A stretch of 62,993 nucleotides of DNA, filler included, from Cladosporium halotolerans (GCF_011745625.1; 22 parts of 22 records of this genome joined end to end with filler, not necessarily neighbours in it), one strand, 5' to 3'; numbered from the whole stretch's first letter, positions 21,096 to 33,886 are shown. Numbers and translations: made by a program. Notes: a model not told the origin generated them from the letters alone.

Positions 21096-23594
21096 TTATG
21101 CGCATTGAAAGATACACATACTCTCATCCTTGGCTATTAAGTCTACTGCCGCGATTGTAGCGAACGCTGCTTGACCATCCGCAATGCCATGTCTGAACCA
21201 GCTCTTCACGCACTGATCGGCCTCGATGATGTCGCTCTTGAGGCTATACCGTTGGTCCGTGATGAGCCGCTTCGTAGAGCTGAAAGCCCGCTCGCACTCA
21301 CTGCTCATAGCTGGTATCGCAAATAGGTCGTACGCCATCACTGCGAGCGTTGGATAGAGGTGCTCACCTCTTTCACGCCACCACCGGAGCGGCTCGTTGA
21401 TGAGACTGTGTTTGACGATCTGACCGTTCATGATCGTTGTGATCGACGTGTCGAGGGAGTCTTTCATGAAGCGATCGAGCTCGGTCTCTTGTAAATGACG
21501 CTGCTGTAGACGGTCGTACTCAACGCTCGCAGTCTGATCGCCAAATGTAGCTGTCCATTCCTCATCATCGGCATCTACGTCTGAGCTCACGAATAACGTT
21601 GTAGATGCCTCGTCCAGCGGTGGCAGAGCTGGCGCTAACCGCGTGAGATAATCTTCGAACAGCTCACGAGTCCACCGTCGTGCATTCGTGATAGCTCGGC
21701 GGCCGCCATCCTTGTCGGCCCATGCGCTCTCGAAATACGTGAATCTCCTGCAAGGATTGAGAGCGACTGCGGCACTGTAGAGCCGGCTATCATCGATTTT
21801 GGTGTAATAATACTGGAGTTTGACGAAGCCGTGGTTAAGACAGTGCTGGTAATGGTCTGTGAACAGGTTCGGTCTCGCGGTGACCTCATCGGCATGTTTT
21901 TTAAGCTTTGCGAACAGGTAGTCCATTGTTGGGATGACCTCCCAAAGGGCGCCGTGGCTACCTGTAGTAGCATTGCCTTCCGCGCGCTTAGTTGCCTTGT
22001 CGAAGGGCTTCAGTAGCTCCTCAAAGTGTCGTAGCTCTTCCCAGGCTTTGGCATCGAGGAAGTCTTTGGTGAGGTCGTAGCTCTCGTCGTCTGTAGGCGT
22101 CCACTGAAGGCAGTAGCGGTGTATCGCAGGCTGAAGGCGTAGAGCGCGCTGGATCATCGAATAAGTACTATTCCATCGGACACCCAGATCCTTGACGAGC
22201 TGCAATGTAAAATCGCTTGCATCAACCTTCTGAGCGGCCTCGAACGCACGCCGGCGTCGGTCTGACCGTGCGATGTAAGTGACTATGTTGTGAAGGTGGC
22301 CGATCGCGCCTTGCTCGCGCCAGATCTTGAAAGCGTGCTCGTCGCCAGCATCATCGAGCTGCCTCTGTAGCGAGGCAGATCCAGACCCAAACAGGAGTGC
22401 CTTCACTACTAGATTGATGATGTGACCGAAGCATCGTAAGCGTGACTGCTTTACGTCTATCGACGTCGGAAGGGCGGCATTGAGGGCTTCGAGAGCTGCG
22501 TCGTTGTTGGTGGCGTTGTCCATCTGGAAGGCACCGAGTTTGTCTTCGATATTGAATGTCTTGATGACGGGTAGGAGCACTGCTGTCAAATCATTGCCGC
22601 GGTGACCCTCGAGAGGTCGTAAAGCTAGAAGACCGGTCTTGAGGTTGTGCTGTCCGTCAATCCAGTGCCCCACGATGCCAAGCATTGAGAGATGATTCGG
22701 CGAGGACCATACATCGAAAGACAGGTTGATCTTGCTTCGACTACACGCCAGTGAGCTTTTGACGTCGGCAATGCGCTCATTGTAGGTCTTCATAAGCCAC
22801 GATCGCACTGTTCGAGAGCATGGCAGGAGGTGCTGTACCGCAGGACCTCCGCTTAGAATGATCTTGTGCAGTCGCGGGCTAGCTGCTTGTTCGAATGTGA
22901 TGTCGTCATGAGCGATCCAGTTGATAAAATCCTGGCGCCATCGCTCCGCGTGTAAAGGATGGGCTCCCTCGGGACATGAGCGCGTTGCTAGCTTACTATC
23001 GCTGGCGGCGGGCGGATGAGTTCCCGGCGCATAAATGCCATGAGCCCCGATCAGATGCTTGCCGCAGCTAGCTGTCGACTCAGCTGCCATGACCTTGCAG
23101 CTGCCAGCGTCATAGCAGGGTCTACAGATCCAGTATTTGGTCCACTCATTGCGCTTTGGGTCCTTTTTCTCAAGCTCTATGCCATGCAAGTAGATCCACG
23201 ATATGCGACTGTGATTTATGGACCTCTTCGTACGTTTCCGAAGGCGAAAATCTGTGCCAACGAAGTCGAAGTCTACTTCGAAGAATATGCGTTTCGCCGC
23301 GGAGATCGTGATCGACTTCTGGTGGGCTGGCCGACGTGGTGGAGAAGGCAGTTCGGATGGTGTTGGTGACAGGGTAGGCTCTCGTGTGAATGGTGCTGGT
23401 GGTGCTGGTAGTGGCGGCGAGGGTAACCTTCGAGCAGTAAGCACTTGGCTGAGCTGTGATGGCGCAAATGCGAGTGTGCCCTGTAGCAATTTTGAAGTTG
23501 GTCTTCGCTTTCGTTGCGAGCTCCTGGCTGGTAAACCATCATCAGAATTGGTTGCGCTATATGTGCGCTTGGTTTTGCGGGACTGTGAGCTCAT
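21096..23594 (-). CDS. hAT (Restless-like) transposase, intact ORF
   Basis: BED finger (WICRPC...HLIGAH), catalytic LSFDVWSS and MDNATNND, RCFGHIINL (CxxH), VRWNS, and the dimerisation domain IPAMSSECERAFS. An alternative ATG lies at 23624. Confidence 0.95.
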   Translation of the reverse strand: MSSQSRKTKRTYSATNSDDGLPARSSQRKRRPTSKLLQGTLAFAPSQLSQVLTARRLPSPPLPAPPAPFTREPTLSPTPSELPSPPRRPAHQKSITISAAKRIFFEVDFDFVGTDFRLRKRTKRSINHSRISWIYLHGIELEKKDPKRNEWTKYWICRPCYDAGSCKVMAAESTASCGKHLIGAHGIYAPGTHPPAASDSKLATRSCPEGAHPLHAERWRQDFINWIAHDDITFEQAASPRLHKIILSGGPAVQHLLPCSRTVRSWLMKTYNERIADVKSSLACSRSKINLSFDVWSSPNHLSMLGIVGHWIDGQHNLKTGLLALRPLEGHRGNDLTAVLLPVIKTFNIEDKLGAFQMDNATNNDAALEALNAALPTSIDVKQSRLRCFGHIINLVVKALLFGSGSASLQRQLDDAGDEHAFKIWREQGAIGHLHNIVTYIARSDRRRRAFEAAQKVDASDFTLQLVKDLGVRWNSTYSMIQRALRLQPAIHRYCLQWTPTDDESYDLTKDFLDAKAWEELRHFEELLKPFDKATKRAEGNATTGSHGALWEVIPTMDYLFAKLKKHADEVTARPNLFTDHYQHCLNHGFVKLQYYYTKIDDSRLYSAAVALNPCRRFTYFESAWADKDGGRRAITNARRWTRELFEDYLTRLAPALPPLDEASTTLFVSSDVDADDEEWTATFGDQTASVEYDRLQQRHLQETELDRFMKDSLDTSITTIMNGQIVKHSLINEPLRWWRERGEHLYPTLAVMAYDLFAIPAMSSECERAFSSTKRLITDQRYSLKSDIIEADQCVKSWFRHGIADGQAAFATIAAVDLIAKDESMCIFQCA

Positions 23595-24020
23595 GACGAT
23601 GAGGTGGTAGTGTTGTACTTGCATCCGGCGCCTAGTGCGGACGTGTAGAACGCGTAGGCACGCGCTCTCGAAGTGATTGTGGGGGTGATCAGCTCCGCGT
23701 CAGACGCGTCAGACTTTCATTGCCNNNNNNNNNNNNNNNNNNNNNNNNNNNNNNNNNNNNNNNNNNNNTTAATTAATTAANNNNNNNNNNNNNNNNNNNN
23801 NNNNNNNNNNNNNNNNNNNNNNNNCGCGCGGCCTGGTAGACCGGGCCTTTCTATCTAGTGTCTTGGCAAGCTTGTCCTGCGATCTGCGACTTGGATTCCC
23901 AAAGTGCCTCGGCCTGCGACATGTAATAACTTGTGACATAATGAACGATCTGAGGTTTCCGATAGACAGCTGAACGACATGTGCACGTTGAAGTTGCAAA
24001 ACGTTGTAGCCCATCGTTCA

Positions 24021-25591
24021 CTACGAGTCTGGATGGATGTATACGTCATCTTTGAAGTGGTTGCTTCCCCCTACCATCTTACATCTTTTGGCCAGTTCTA
24101 CGTACACTGCTCTGCAAACCTTGCCTCGCACCGTATCGTCGAAATTTTTGCTCTGCCAGGTATACATCGAAAGGTCTTTTGCCCTTTGTACGGTGGCCGC
24201 TTTCGCATCTTTGACTTCGTAAATGAAACCTGCGAGCTTCCTTTCATGCTCGCCTTGGAGGCCCTCTATCGGTGCCAGGTCTGGTGAATTACCGGGATGG
24301 TTCACAAACACGATGCCTTGCTGCTGAATCTCAGGCTGCAATAGCTGTCGGGCTTTTAGGTGAGGACCGTGGTTGTCTTCCTGTATCACCACTCTTCTGC
24401 CTGAGTAACGCCGACATACCTCACGGTAGTAAGGAAAGGGCAGCTTCCTGTACACCTCGAAGGCGTACCATACAAAGTTGAGCTTCTTGGTCCCATCTTT
24501 GGGGTCGTGACGCTGGTTGGGAAACAAACGCTCCGGAGTCCAGTCTTTAGGACCACCACTATTGTCGGCGTTGGCGCGCAGCCAAAGACGTTTGATCTTG
24601 ACTTGAGTGTTCGTCCAAGTGAGGTATTGGTGTTCGGGGGTGCCGTGGATCCTGGCGTTAGCGCGCTGTTCTTCGGTGATCTTCTTAGCCTGTGCATTGC
24701 ATTCATCCAACTGCTTCTGCAGCTCCTCGGATGTCTGATCTCGAAGTTCCCAGACAGTCCAGGGTCGTTTCATGCTACAGTCGTCGCCGCATGCCGCAGC
24801 CCATTGTTCGAGCTTGAAACGTGTTGGAGCACAACTTCGATATGAACTTGTGTTGATTGGCAAGGTTATATGCTGATTGGGTGTGCCGCCAAATTGATAG
24901 GCCTTCTCGTCACAGCATATGATAAGTGCTTCTGCCTGGTCCAGCTGCTCGACTTCAAACAGATATACCTGACGCTTTGAGATATTGGCAGCGCTGAGCT
25001 CATTGCGTCTATACACACGGTGCCGTGTATATACTCTTTGGTCGTCTGGGTCGGCAGCACATTGCGCGGAGTCTTGCAAGATGTTATACACCTGCTGCGT
25101 CCCCAATGGTCGAACGTTGTGGTCGATCTCGCCGAGTATCTGGCGTTCCCTGAGATAGCTGTTGGCTGCGTCATCCATAGCATGATACGGGTGTTCCCGA
25201 ACACCCCTTCGGACAGTGAGAGATACCTCATCACCAGGAGTGGCCCTCTTTGGCCTGCCACTGCGTGGTTGGACAGCGACTGCTGCCTGTAAATCGGCCA
25301 ATTCCTAGGTCGGACTGCGTGCTCTAGCGGCTTGAATGAGCGTGTTCACAGTCGGTCTAGTCAAGTCTAATCTTCGTGCAATCTCGGTCTGTGGCATTCC
25401 TAGATCAAAAGCGTATGCAATTGCACAGTGACGCTTCCAGGGTGGTGTCTCGGGGCCTCTTCCCATCGTGGGTACTGTGTAACGATGCAATGACTTAATT
25501 TTTTAGTGCTCTCAATACACTTGAGAGCCAACTTGCAGAGAGGGCCAGCCCGTGGCTTGGCAAAATTCGAAAACTTTCGGAGAAGCGGAGG
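24021..25591 (-). mobile_element. Tc1/IS630-like element: 5' TIR (25566-25591) and DD36E transposase 25466-24021 with one premature stop (25305-25307)
   Basis: N-terminal HTH (QTEIARRLDL.R.TV), PRSGRP, CCDEK, QEDN...H and HPGNSPDLAPIE. The 26-bp terminus is identical to 33861-33886. Confidence 0.88.
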
Positions 25592-26128
25592 TTGGACAGT
25601 CCAACCGTATTGCTTGGCACTTTGCTGAGCTTTCCGGCTGCTAAGGAGCGTGAACAGAGCATGTGGCTGGGAAGCAGGTTGGGATTCTTCCGCTTCCGGG
25701 ATTGGCCTTCGGATAAGTCAACAGGCTTGCACGAAGCGACTGCCCACCTACTCCAGTCTGATTGCCCACTTTCGATTTGATGGCTCGCGACGACATTGCA
25801 TTGCAAGTGCGCGGGTTGGTTAAAGCCTTGAGAAACGTACCAGACAGGCAGGCCGCACTGCATTTGCTTGAGAAGAGTAGAGAGCAACGGAAGGACAGCA
25901 AGAAGAGGACCATCGACCCAAAGAATTGGGTTGTAGCCGACGTTCGAACACTGGTGGATTCCTTGCCTGATCAGGGTAGCGCTTTGAAGTCGAAGTCCCG
26001 CCAACGATGCATAGAGACAGGAAATCACAAGGCAGCAACACCTTGCCAGTGACCATCAATGCGGGAAAGGGTGACTGTACTATGCCGAGCCAAATCACAG
26101 GCTATTTAGCTTGAGTTCAGCTTGACTA

Positions 26129-26591
26129 ACGTGTTTCATCAGTACCCCCGCGCATACCGGTACCCCGCGCACTTTCCCGAAGCGACACCATGCCGCAACT
26201 TCAGCACGCAATAGCATCACATTGAACGATGCGAGAACAAAACAACGAAGCACGGGTTGTCTTGACTATTGATGCTATTCGAAAATCAGACGGATTGAGC
26301 CGCCGTGAAGCTCCGAAGCTCTATAATGTGCCCGAAACCACTCTCCGCGATAGAATGAGTGGCGCGATTCCGATCGCGAATCGTCGGCCTGTTGCTCAGG
26401 TTCTGACCGCCCTCGAAGAGGAGGCAGTAGTCCAGTATATACTGGACTTAGATGCGAGAGGATTCCCGCCTTCGCTCGAAGATGTGAGGGTGATGGCGGA
26501 CCGCATCCTCGCGTCGCGAGGTACACGTCGTGTTGGGAAACAGTGGCCCTACCGCTTCATCCAGCGAAGAGAGGAACTCCGCACACGCTGT
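26129..26591 (+). mobile_element. Fot1/pogo element 5' end with transposase N-terminus (ATG 26229)
   Basis: TA|ACGT terminus with an internal repeat GTACCCC(C)GCGCA. HTH-psq (YNVPETTLRDR) and CENP-B HTH (EEEAVVQYILDLDARGFPP...VGKQWPYRF). Confidence 0.92.
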
Positions 26592-26691
26592 NNNNNNNNN
26601 NNNNNNNNNNNNNNNNNNNNNNNNNNNNNNNNNNNTTAATTAATTAANNNNNNNNNNNNNNNNNNNNNNNNNNNNNNNNNNNNNNNNNNNN

Positions 26692-26854
26692 GCTCCAGCA
26701 CCTCCCCCACATCCACCGCCACCTCCCTCAACATCGATAACATCGTTTTGAATGGTTTCAGTCATATCAGATTCCTTCAACGTGCCTGGTATCATCAACG
26801 AGTCGGATTTTGTGCGCAAACTTTGGGTCTGCGCAAACTTCGGGTAAATTACGT
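26692..26854 (-). mobile_element. Fot1/pogo terminus of the same family as 10179
   Basis: The reverse complement of 26801-26854 matches 10179-10232 with 2 mismatches, and is followed by TA. Confidence 0.85.
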
Positions 26855-26984
26855 TACGTGCCCAGTCGAGCAAGTGGGAACGAATGCAATTCGCAACTGC
26901 GACGTCATGCCAATATGCCATCTCACGGTCCGTCACCCCAGAGCAAGACGTCTTTCTACAGCTAGCGACTAAGAAACAGCGAAT

Positions 26985-27503
26985 ATGCCTTGGACTGACG
27001 ACGAAATCGAACAATGGATCGTTACCGCTCTTAAAAATGCGCGTTTTCAGCTTGATCACTCACGAATGCTTCTATCACTCGTCCACTGTCGAACTATGCT
27101 TGTGGCCATGTGCCCAATCTGCTCAGACGCCGCATTCTTCGCTGACATGGATATGGATCCTGCATTCTACGGAATTCACAACGAAGAGATCTTTGGAAAT
27201 TCGACAGAAGCATACGTTGTGCGCTCGCCATGCGATGCCCATAAGGACTCTCGAGGCATACTATCGGCAGCAGAGCGTTGTGCTTTCGACGAACTCTGTC
27301 GAAGCCTTACAAGGTTCGCATCGAAGGTCTTCGTTTTGGCGAACTCAACTAGGGATATCCATCTTAGTAAGGTCACGAGACGCCAGCTTTTATCAAGTCA
27401 CGAAAAGCTTCCCGTCTATCATGAGACAGTCGCAAGCGGTCGCACGCGTTCCGGGCCTCAGGGAGACAGTGCGAGAAGCAGCCTGATGAGAACGTTGGAC
27501 TGA
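26985..27503 (+). CDS. Hypothetical protein
   Basis: 172-aa ATG-initiated ORF with globular-looking composition. No family recognised. Confidence 0.3.
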   Translation: MPWTDDEIEQWIVTALKNARFQLDHSRMLLSLVHCRTMLVAMCPICSDAAFFADMDMDPAFYGIHNEEIFGNSTEAYVVRSPCDAHKDSRGILSAAERCAFDELCRSLTRFASKVFVLANSTRDIHLSKVTRRQLLSSHEKLPVYHETVASGRTRSGPQGDSARSSLMRTLD

Positions 27504-29549
27504 AGTAAGCGGATTTTTGAAAGCGTTCCATGCGGCGGCAAAATGTATGAACAAATGATCAGACGAGCATCTTTCGATCGCAGACAGTCCGCCACATCCG
27601 TCGGCCAAGCGAATTCGTTCATGCAGGCGGCATATCTGCCCACCATTTGCGTGTGAAGGCCTTGCCCATCTTTGTCTTCGCAGGTGTCAAGGCTTACGAA
27701 ACACCATATTCGGCGGCAAATTGTCGAAACCGCAGTGTCTAGCAGGACCTTGCGCATACGGCATCAGCGGACGACAGGCTCGTGGCACCGGTTCGCCGAT
27801 AGGTAACAGCAGCACAGCGGCAGCATCGCCAGCAAGCAAGCCAACAACATCAGGCAGAATTAAAATGCCCGACTAAGGTTGAGCCAGCGTCTTGCGAGAA
27901 AACAGGCGAGGGAAGTAAGTATGGCCGGATTCGATGAGGGGTATTTCATGCGGGCGCGACTCTAATATCGGGAGCTTAGGCCCCGATAAAATCAGAATAT
28001 CTGTATAGGCACGAGGAGGCAGAATAGAGTTGATACCTGGTATCGAAAGAAACGATGCTCGAGCTCTGCGGCACGCTTACCGATCCACGCGTACCGTCAT
28101 TGAGCAATGCTGCGGGCAAATTCGGTTAGACTGAACCATATGGTTCGCATGTTCCGAAAGATGACCCTCGGAGATTTTACACGCCTCGTGCTCCTACTTA
28201 GCCTTGACCGTGTTGGCAATGCCTTCAGCTCAAGGCACAACTACACCTTCGCCCAACCCACACAGCCCCACTACTGGCGGCGCTTCGAGCGGCAGATGGA
28301 CAATTGTGGAGTGGCGCAATAGCGAGGATGCAACCTTGAGTGGAGAGGGGGATAAAGCATGCTTAGAAACTCCTCGAGCAAGCGTTATATATCGACGCCG
28401 ACTACTTTGCACTCGATAGTAAGATGGTTGGTGAGTTGCCGCGAACCGGTGCGCAAAATGGAAGGGCCCGCTTTCGAATCAAAGCGCAAGTCAAGCAAGG
28501 AGTAAATAAGATCTGGTCACGAAACGAAAACCCGACCGATTCGAGAGACAACCGGGAGAAAACAGCCACCGAGTGGAGAGAACCGCTCATTAGGAGAAAA
28601 GTGCTCAGAAAGCACCCTGTTCATGGGCAGCGGATGCTTTCCTTGGGCAAGGTGCGGCACGGCAGAGCGACTCGAGAGGCATCATGAATATGAAAAGAGT
28701 CGCTCCCTAGGAACTGAGCTAGGAATTAGACGCGGCAAGACGATTGGTGTGGAAATACTCATGCGAAGCTCAACTTTCAGTGCTGAATGATCACGCATGC
28801 GCTAGCGGATGACCTGCGCGACCATGCCGAGATTAATGGCAGCCACTCTTAAACTGGGCCCAGTGGTACTACAGGTGAGAAGACTGAGCGGTTGGCGTAA
28901 GCTGCAGGCGCCAGCGTCTCATTTCACCGGGTTTGACCTCGTCATTGATGGCGGGACCTACTGCTTGGTAGAACGTGCAATGCTCATGATCAATGAAAAC
29001 TTCGTAGTACATGATCACCTTGGTCGCACACGCTTCCAGCGCGTTGATACTGATTCACGCCGCGCATAAGGAAGTGATCAGGTAGTAATGGACAACCAAT
29101 TTGTGTTGAATTACATCTTCATCGCCTATATAACAACGAAGGAGCTCCAGACTCGCAATCAATCATCTCGTCAGCTTCCACAGAGGGCCTTGGGATGGCC
29201 GTAAAAGCAGCCTGTCCTAGACAGAGACACGTAAACGGTCTCGTCCTGGACGAAGACGCGAAAAGGTCCCGCCTGCCGCGGCGCGCCCGGTCGCGAAGCC
29301 GGCGGTGCGCGACGCGACGGCGACGACCTCAGCTGTCACGACCGTCTAGTACATCCATCTACCTCACTCGCACTGGGGCACCGGGCGAAAGCTCGGGAGG
29401 TGTCGCCTGTCGATGGATTCGCATCTCTTGCTAGATGGCGCACTCCGGCNNNNNNNNNNNNNNNNNNNNNNNNNNNNNNNNNNNNNNNNNNNNTTAATTA
29501 ATTAANNNNNNNNNNNNNNNNNNNNNNNNNNNNNNNNNNNNNNNNNNNN

Positions 29550-32209
29550 CGTAGCATCTTGTCTCTTTGTCTTCGCCACTTCCGACACTCTAGCATGAGG
29601 TGTGCGACTGTCTGCCTGCTACTGCCGCACCACCAGCAACGTGCGTCTTTGACTTTGCCGATTCTCAGCAGGTAAGCGCCTGTGATGGCGTGGCCTGACT
29701 TGAGCTGTAGGTATCGCGCGGCGATTGATTTTCTCGACTCTTCGATGTACTTATTGTGTTTAGTCCGTAGCTTCCACCTCCCCTTCACTGCTTGCTTCAC
29801 GTACGACAGCGACGCTGACCGTACTACTTTAGGCTGCTGCTTCGCTGCTCGTTGCGCCGCGGCGTCGGCAAACTTATAGCCTTCGTAATGGTCGCGATTT
29901 GGGAGCCATGTCAAAGTGACCCGGCCCCCAGCGTCTTCAACTTTCGACGTGTGTTCTCTAATGTCTGTGACGACTGGCAGGGTCCAGTCTCCAGTTTTCT
30001 CAAAAGCGGCCAGCGCCAGCCGTGACTCCGTCACAATTTCAGCGGAGTAGTGATCCGCTCTCAAGAGAATTTGGACTAGGCTTTCCATGACCATGTCGAT
30101 GGCGAACAGCGTGGCATCGGCTGCAGTGATGTATTTGCCCAGCGAAGACGTCTTGGTCTTCCACGCCCGTCGCTCTCTCCATGCGACCCCCACACCGAAA
30201 CTGAAATCATTGACCGTGCTCACAAACAGTGTTAGCTGCTGTGGACTGTCAGGTAGCATTCTCGTTGGCAGTTGCGAGTAGTTCAGTGTCCGAGTCACAG
30301 GGTTCGTTCCTCGCGAGGTTGCCTTACAAGGCAGGTTGAATCCATACTCGGTGTCGTAGCTGACGTGCCTGACGATCTGCTGGGCAAGTCTGCTTCCGAA
30401 AGATCGATGTGTCTTCTCAGGCGTCGACCACCCGGTACTGGATGGTTGGCCTGTCGCGCCTTCATGTCGGTAGATCTCACCGAAGCGGAAGTTGGCAGGT
30501 AGCAGTTGGTGTGTTGCGTGGTCCCCGTTCGCCTTTAGCGCGCGTGTGGCGTACCTGGTCTGACGGTAGTCAAGCAGTTCCCTAGCACAAGGTAAACGAG
30601 CGTCTTGCTGGAGTAAGGGCAGAGGCGTCGACTTCAGCAAGCCGGTGATGGCTCTAGCTTGTTTGTTCAACAAGAGTTGCAGCTTCTCCGCTCGATCTCG
30701 TTGGCCCCTCCACCAGATCTCCGCTCCGTATAGTGCCACAGAGGTCACTGCAGCCACCACTATCCTCCGCATCAGCCTAATGGGCAAGCCGCCGTTGCTT
30801 CTGCTAAGGCTCGACATCCGCTGCAGGGCTCCTTTCGCGCTTGCCAGTCTGTTCTCGAAATGCGTCCTGAATGAAAGCTTCGGATCGAGCCAGAAGCCGA
30901 GCCACTTAGTCGCTCCCTGCTTGATGGCGAAAGTTCGATCTCCGATATCAACGGTCACATTTTTGGCTGCGTTCAGCACTTTCCGACGTCTGCTAAACAG
31001 CAGAACCTCGGTCTTACTGACTTCGAACTCGACGTTGTTCTCTGATCCCCACCGGAGCGCATCTCTGGCAATGCGTTCGAGATTACTCGTTCCCTCCACC
31101 AGTTTGTCGCATTCAATCACCAATCCTACATCGTCAACAAACGGGAGGGCTTGGGCTGTCGGGTGTCTGTCTTCGAGCCACTGGAACATGGCGCTGATGG
31201 AAAAGATGAACAACACCGGCGACACTGGTGAGCCTTGCGGCAGACCAGCCTTGGTGCTTCGAGTTTGACCCGTCCGTCCATCGATTACCAGCATTGCTTG
31301 CCGATCCGACAGGAATGAGTCGACCCAGCGCACAAGGTTGCCGACGATGCCGGCTTGTATCATCCGCTTCAGCAACTGCGGTTTGCTAACTCGATCGAAA
31401 GCCCCCTTCACGTCCAGTAACAGAGCCAGAGCTGTATGTTTAGTGCTCCATGCAGTTTCGACTTTTGTGACCAGCTGTGCCACGGCGTCTGATGCACATT
31501 TTCCTCGCCGACACCCGAATTGCCCCCGGTGAAAGACTTCGTTCTTCTCACAAAAGGAGGCGATCCATGTCGCGACTGCCTTTTCCACCACCTTACCAAG
31601 ACAGCTCAGTAGACTGATAACCCGGTATGCTTTCGCAACTGTGTACGTCGGCTTTCCAGGCTTGCGTAACAAAATGCCTTTTGCGGTCTTCCAAGTGCAA
31701 GGGTGGAATCCCGTCTCGACGCATCCTCGGACGAGAGCTACGATACGGCCTTCTGCCCACCGCCACAGCAGCCTGAGTGCTTTGAAGCCAATGCCGTCCA
31801 CGCCGGGAGCTTTCTTGACAGACTGAGCGAACAGCGCTTCGCGGACCTCACGCGCACTCAAACCTGCCCTGGAGTCTGGAAACTCGATATCTTCCTCAAT
31901 TTCCGCCTGAGATGGAAAGGCCTGCGCCATGAAGACCTCCTCTTTCTCCTCAGCAGTCGCTGCTATCTGGTCAGGCTGGCCGTGCGAACCACTGATCTTG
32001 ATCGCCGGTGTGTGTGATGGCACTTGAGATTTAGTGTATCTGAGTGCTCTCCAGCATCGCTCAGGGTCAGGTGCGAGTTGGGACTCTTCGTCGGTTGGGA
32101 AGACGCCCTCAAGAAAGCGCTCCCAAGCCAGTCGCTTGGCTCTTCGAATATATCGATAGTATTCGTTTCTTACTTGACGGTATTCGTCAAGGCTGACCCG
32201 GCCAGGCAC
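29550..32209 (-). mobile_element. Tad1-like LINE ORF2 (RT, degenerate RNase H-like region, CCHC), 5'-truncated
   Basis: KAPGVDGI, YRVISLLSCLGK, QFGCR, LLDVKGAFD, GLPQGSPVSP, FVDD, KWLGFWLD and RCWWC..AHLMLEC. The frame is open for ~885 codons. Confidence 0.96.
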
Positions 32210-32403
32210 TGCAGTTTTTCCCTACGACATATGGTTCGAGATCTTCGCACTATAGCACACACTTTTTTCGCCACGGTGATGGTGGTATTGGCAGCCACTC
32301 ATANNNNNNNNNNNNNNNNNNNNNNNNNNNNNNNNNNNNNNNNNNNNTTAATTAATTAANNNNNNNNNNNNNNNNNNNNNNNNNNNNNNNNNNNNNNNNN
32401 NNN

Positions 32404-33886
32404 CGAGAGCGCGCAGTCTATCCTCAGAGCTGGCGGATTTGCAAGCGGCGGTCAGTGTACAACCACGCAGCGGAAGGCCGAAGAGAGCTGCTCCTGGTGA
32501 CGGGGTCTCCCTTACCGTCCGCAGAGGTGCCCGAGAGCACCCATTTCATGCTATGGATGACGCAGCCAATCGCTATCTTAGGAAACGCCAGGTACTCGGG
32601 GAGATCGATCCCAACATCCGACCACTAGGGGTGCAGCAGGTGTATAATGTCTTGCAACATCCTGAGCAGTGCGCTGGTGACCCAGACGACCATAGAGCGT
32701 ACACACGGCACCGTGCGTACAAACGTAATGAGCTCAGCGCTGCCAACATCGCGAAACGTCAAGCTTATCTGTTTGAGGTTGAACAGCTGGAACAGGAAGA
32801 GGCAATTATCATATGTTGCGAGAGAAGGACTACCACTTTGGCGGCACACCAGATGAACACGTAACCCTGCCAATCAACACGAGCTCTTACCAAAGTTGTG
32901 CGCCAACATGTTTTAAACTCGAGCAATAGGCTGCTGCTTGTGGTGACGACTGCACTGTGAGGAGACCTTGGACTGTCTGGGAGCTTCGAGATCAGAGTTC
33001 CGAGGACCTACAGAAGCAGTTGAATGAGTGTAACAAACAGGCGAGGAAGATCACCGAAGAACAGCAGGCTAATGCCGACATACACGGCACGCCAGAACAT
33101 CAATACCTCGTATGGATGAACACGCAAGTCAAGATTAAACGTCTTTGGATGCGTGCCAATGCCGATGACAGTGGAGGCCCCAAGAACTGGACTCCAGAGC
33201 GCCTTTTCCCTTACCAACGCCATGATCCGAAGGAAGGGACAAAGAAGCTAAACTTTGTGTGGTATGCTTTTGAGGTGTACAGGAAGCTTCTTTTTCCGTA
33301 CTATCGCGAAATCTGTAGGCACAATCCGGGTAGGCGAGTGGTGATCCAAGAAGATAATCACGGACCGCATATAAAGGCTCGCCAGTTATTGCAGCCCGAG
33401 ATCCAACAGCAAGACATTATATTCGTGAACCACCCTGGCAACTCACCAGACCTAGCACAATCGAAGGTCTACAAGGTGAGCACGAAAGAAAGCTTGCTAA
33501 TTTCATCCACGAAGTCAGAGACGCACAAGCTTCCACCGTGCAGAGGGCAAAAGACATTCTCAAGCAAACCTGGCAGAGTAAAGACTTTGACGAGACAGTG
33601 AGGGGCAAGGCATGTAGAGCTGCCTATACAGAGCTTGCAAAGAGGTGCAAGATGGTTGGAGGGCGCAACCACTTCAAAGACGATGTGTATATCCATCCAG
33701 ATTGAAAGTACAGCAAAGCAATGTAGGTCCGCTGCGGCTTGATTCCTTATGCAGTATGATCGAGTGTCTGAGCAGAGATTGTGTAACTTATCACTCGCGT
33801 TGGCGTTTCTGATTCCCAATTCGGTCTCAAAACATGTGAGAGCCAAGGCAGTTTCGGAAGTTCGAAAACTTTCGGAGAAGCGGAGG
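32404..33886 (+). mobile_element. Second Tc1-like DD36E copy: frameshifted transposase (stop 33705) and 3' TIR 33861-33886
   Basis: Collinear with 24021-25330 (QPRSGRPKRA, QEDNHGPH, HPGNSPDL, FKDDVYIHPD). Frameshifts near 32822 and 33458, and a stop near 32928. Confidence 0.9.

Noticed and set aside
28880..28970. SDR-like C-terminal motif ASHFTGFDLVIDGG
   Set aside because: Too short; no Rossmann or YxxxK motif seen upstream.
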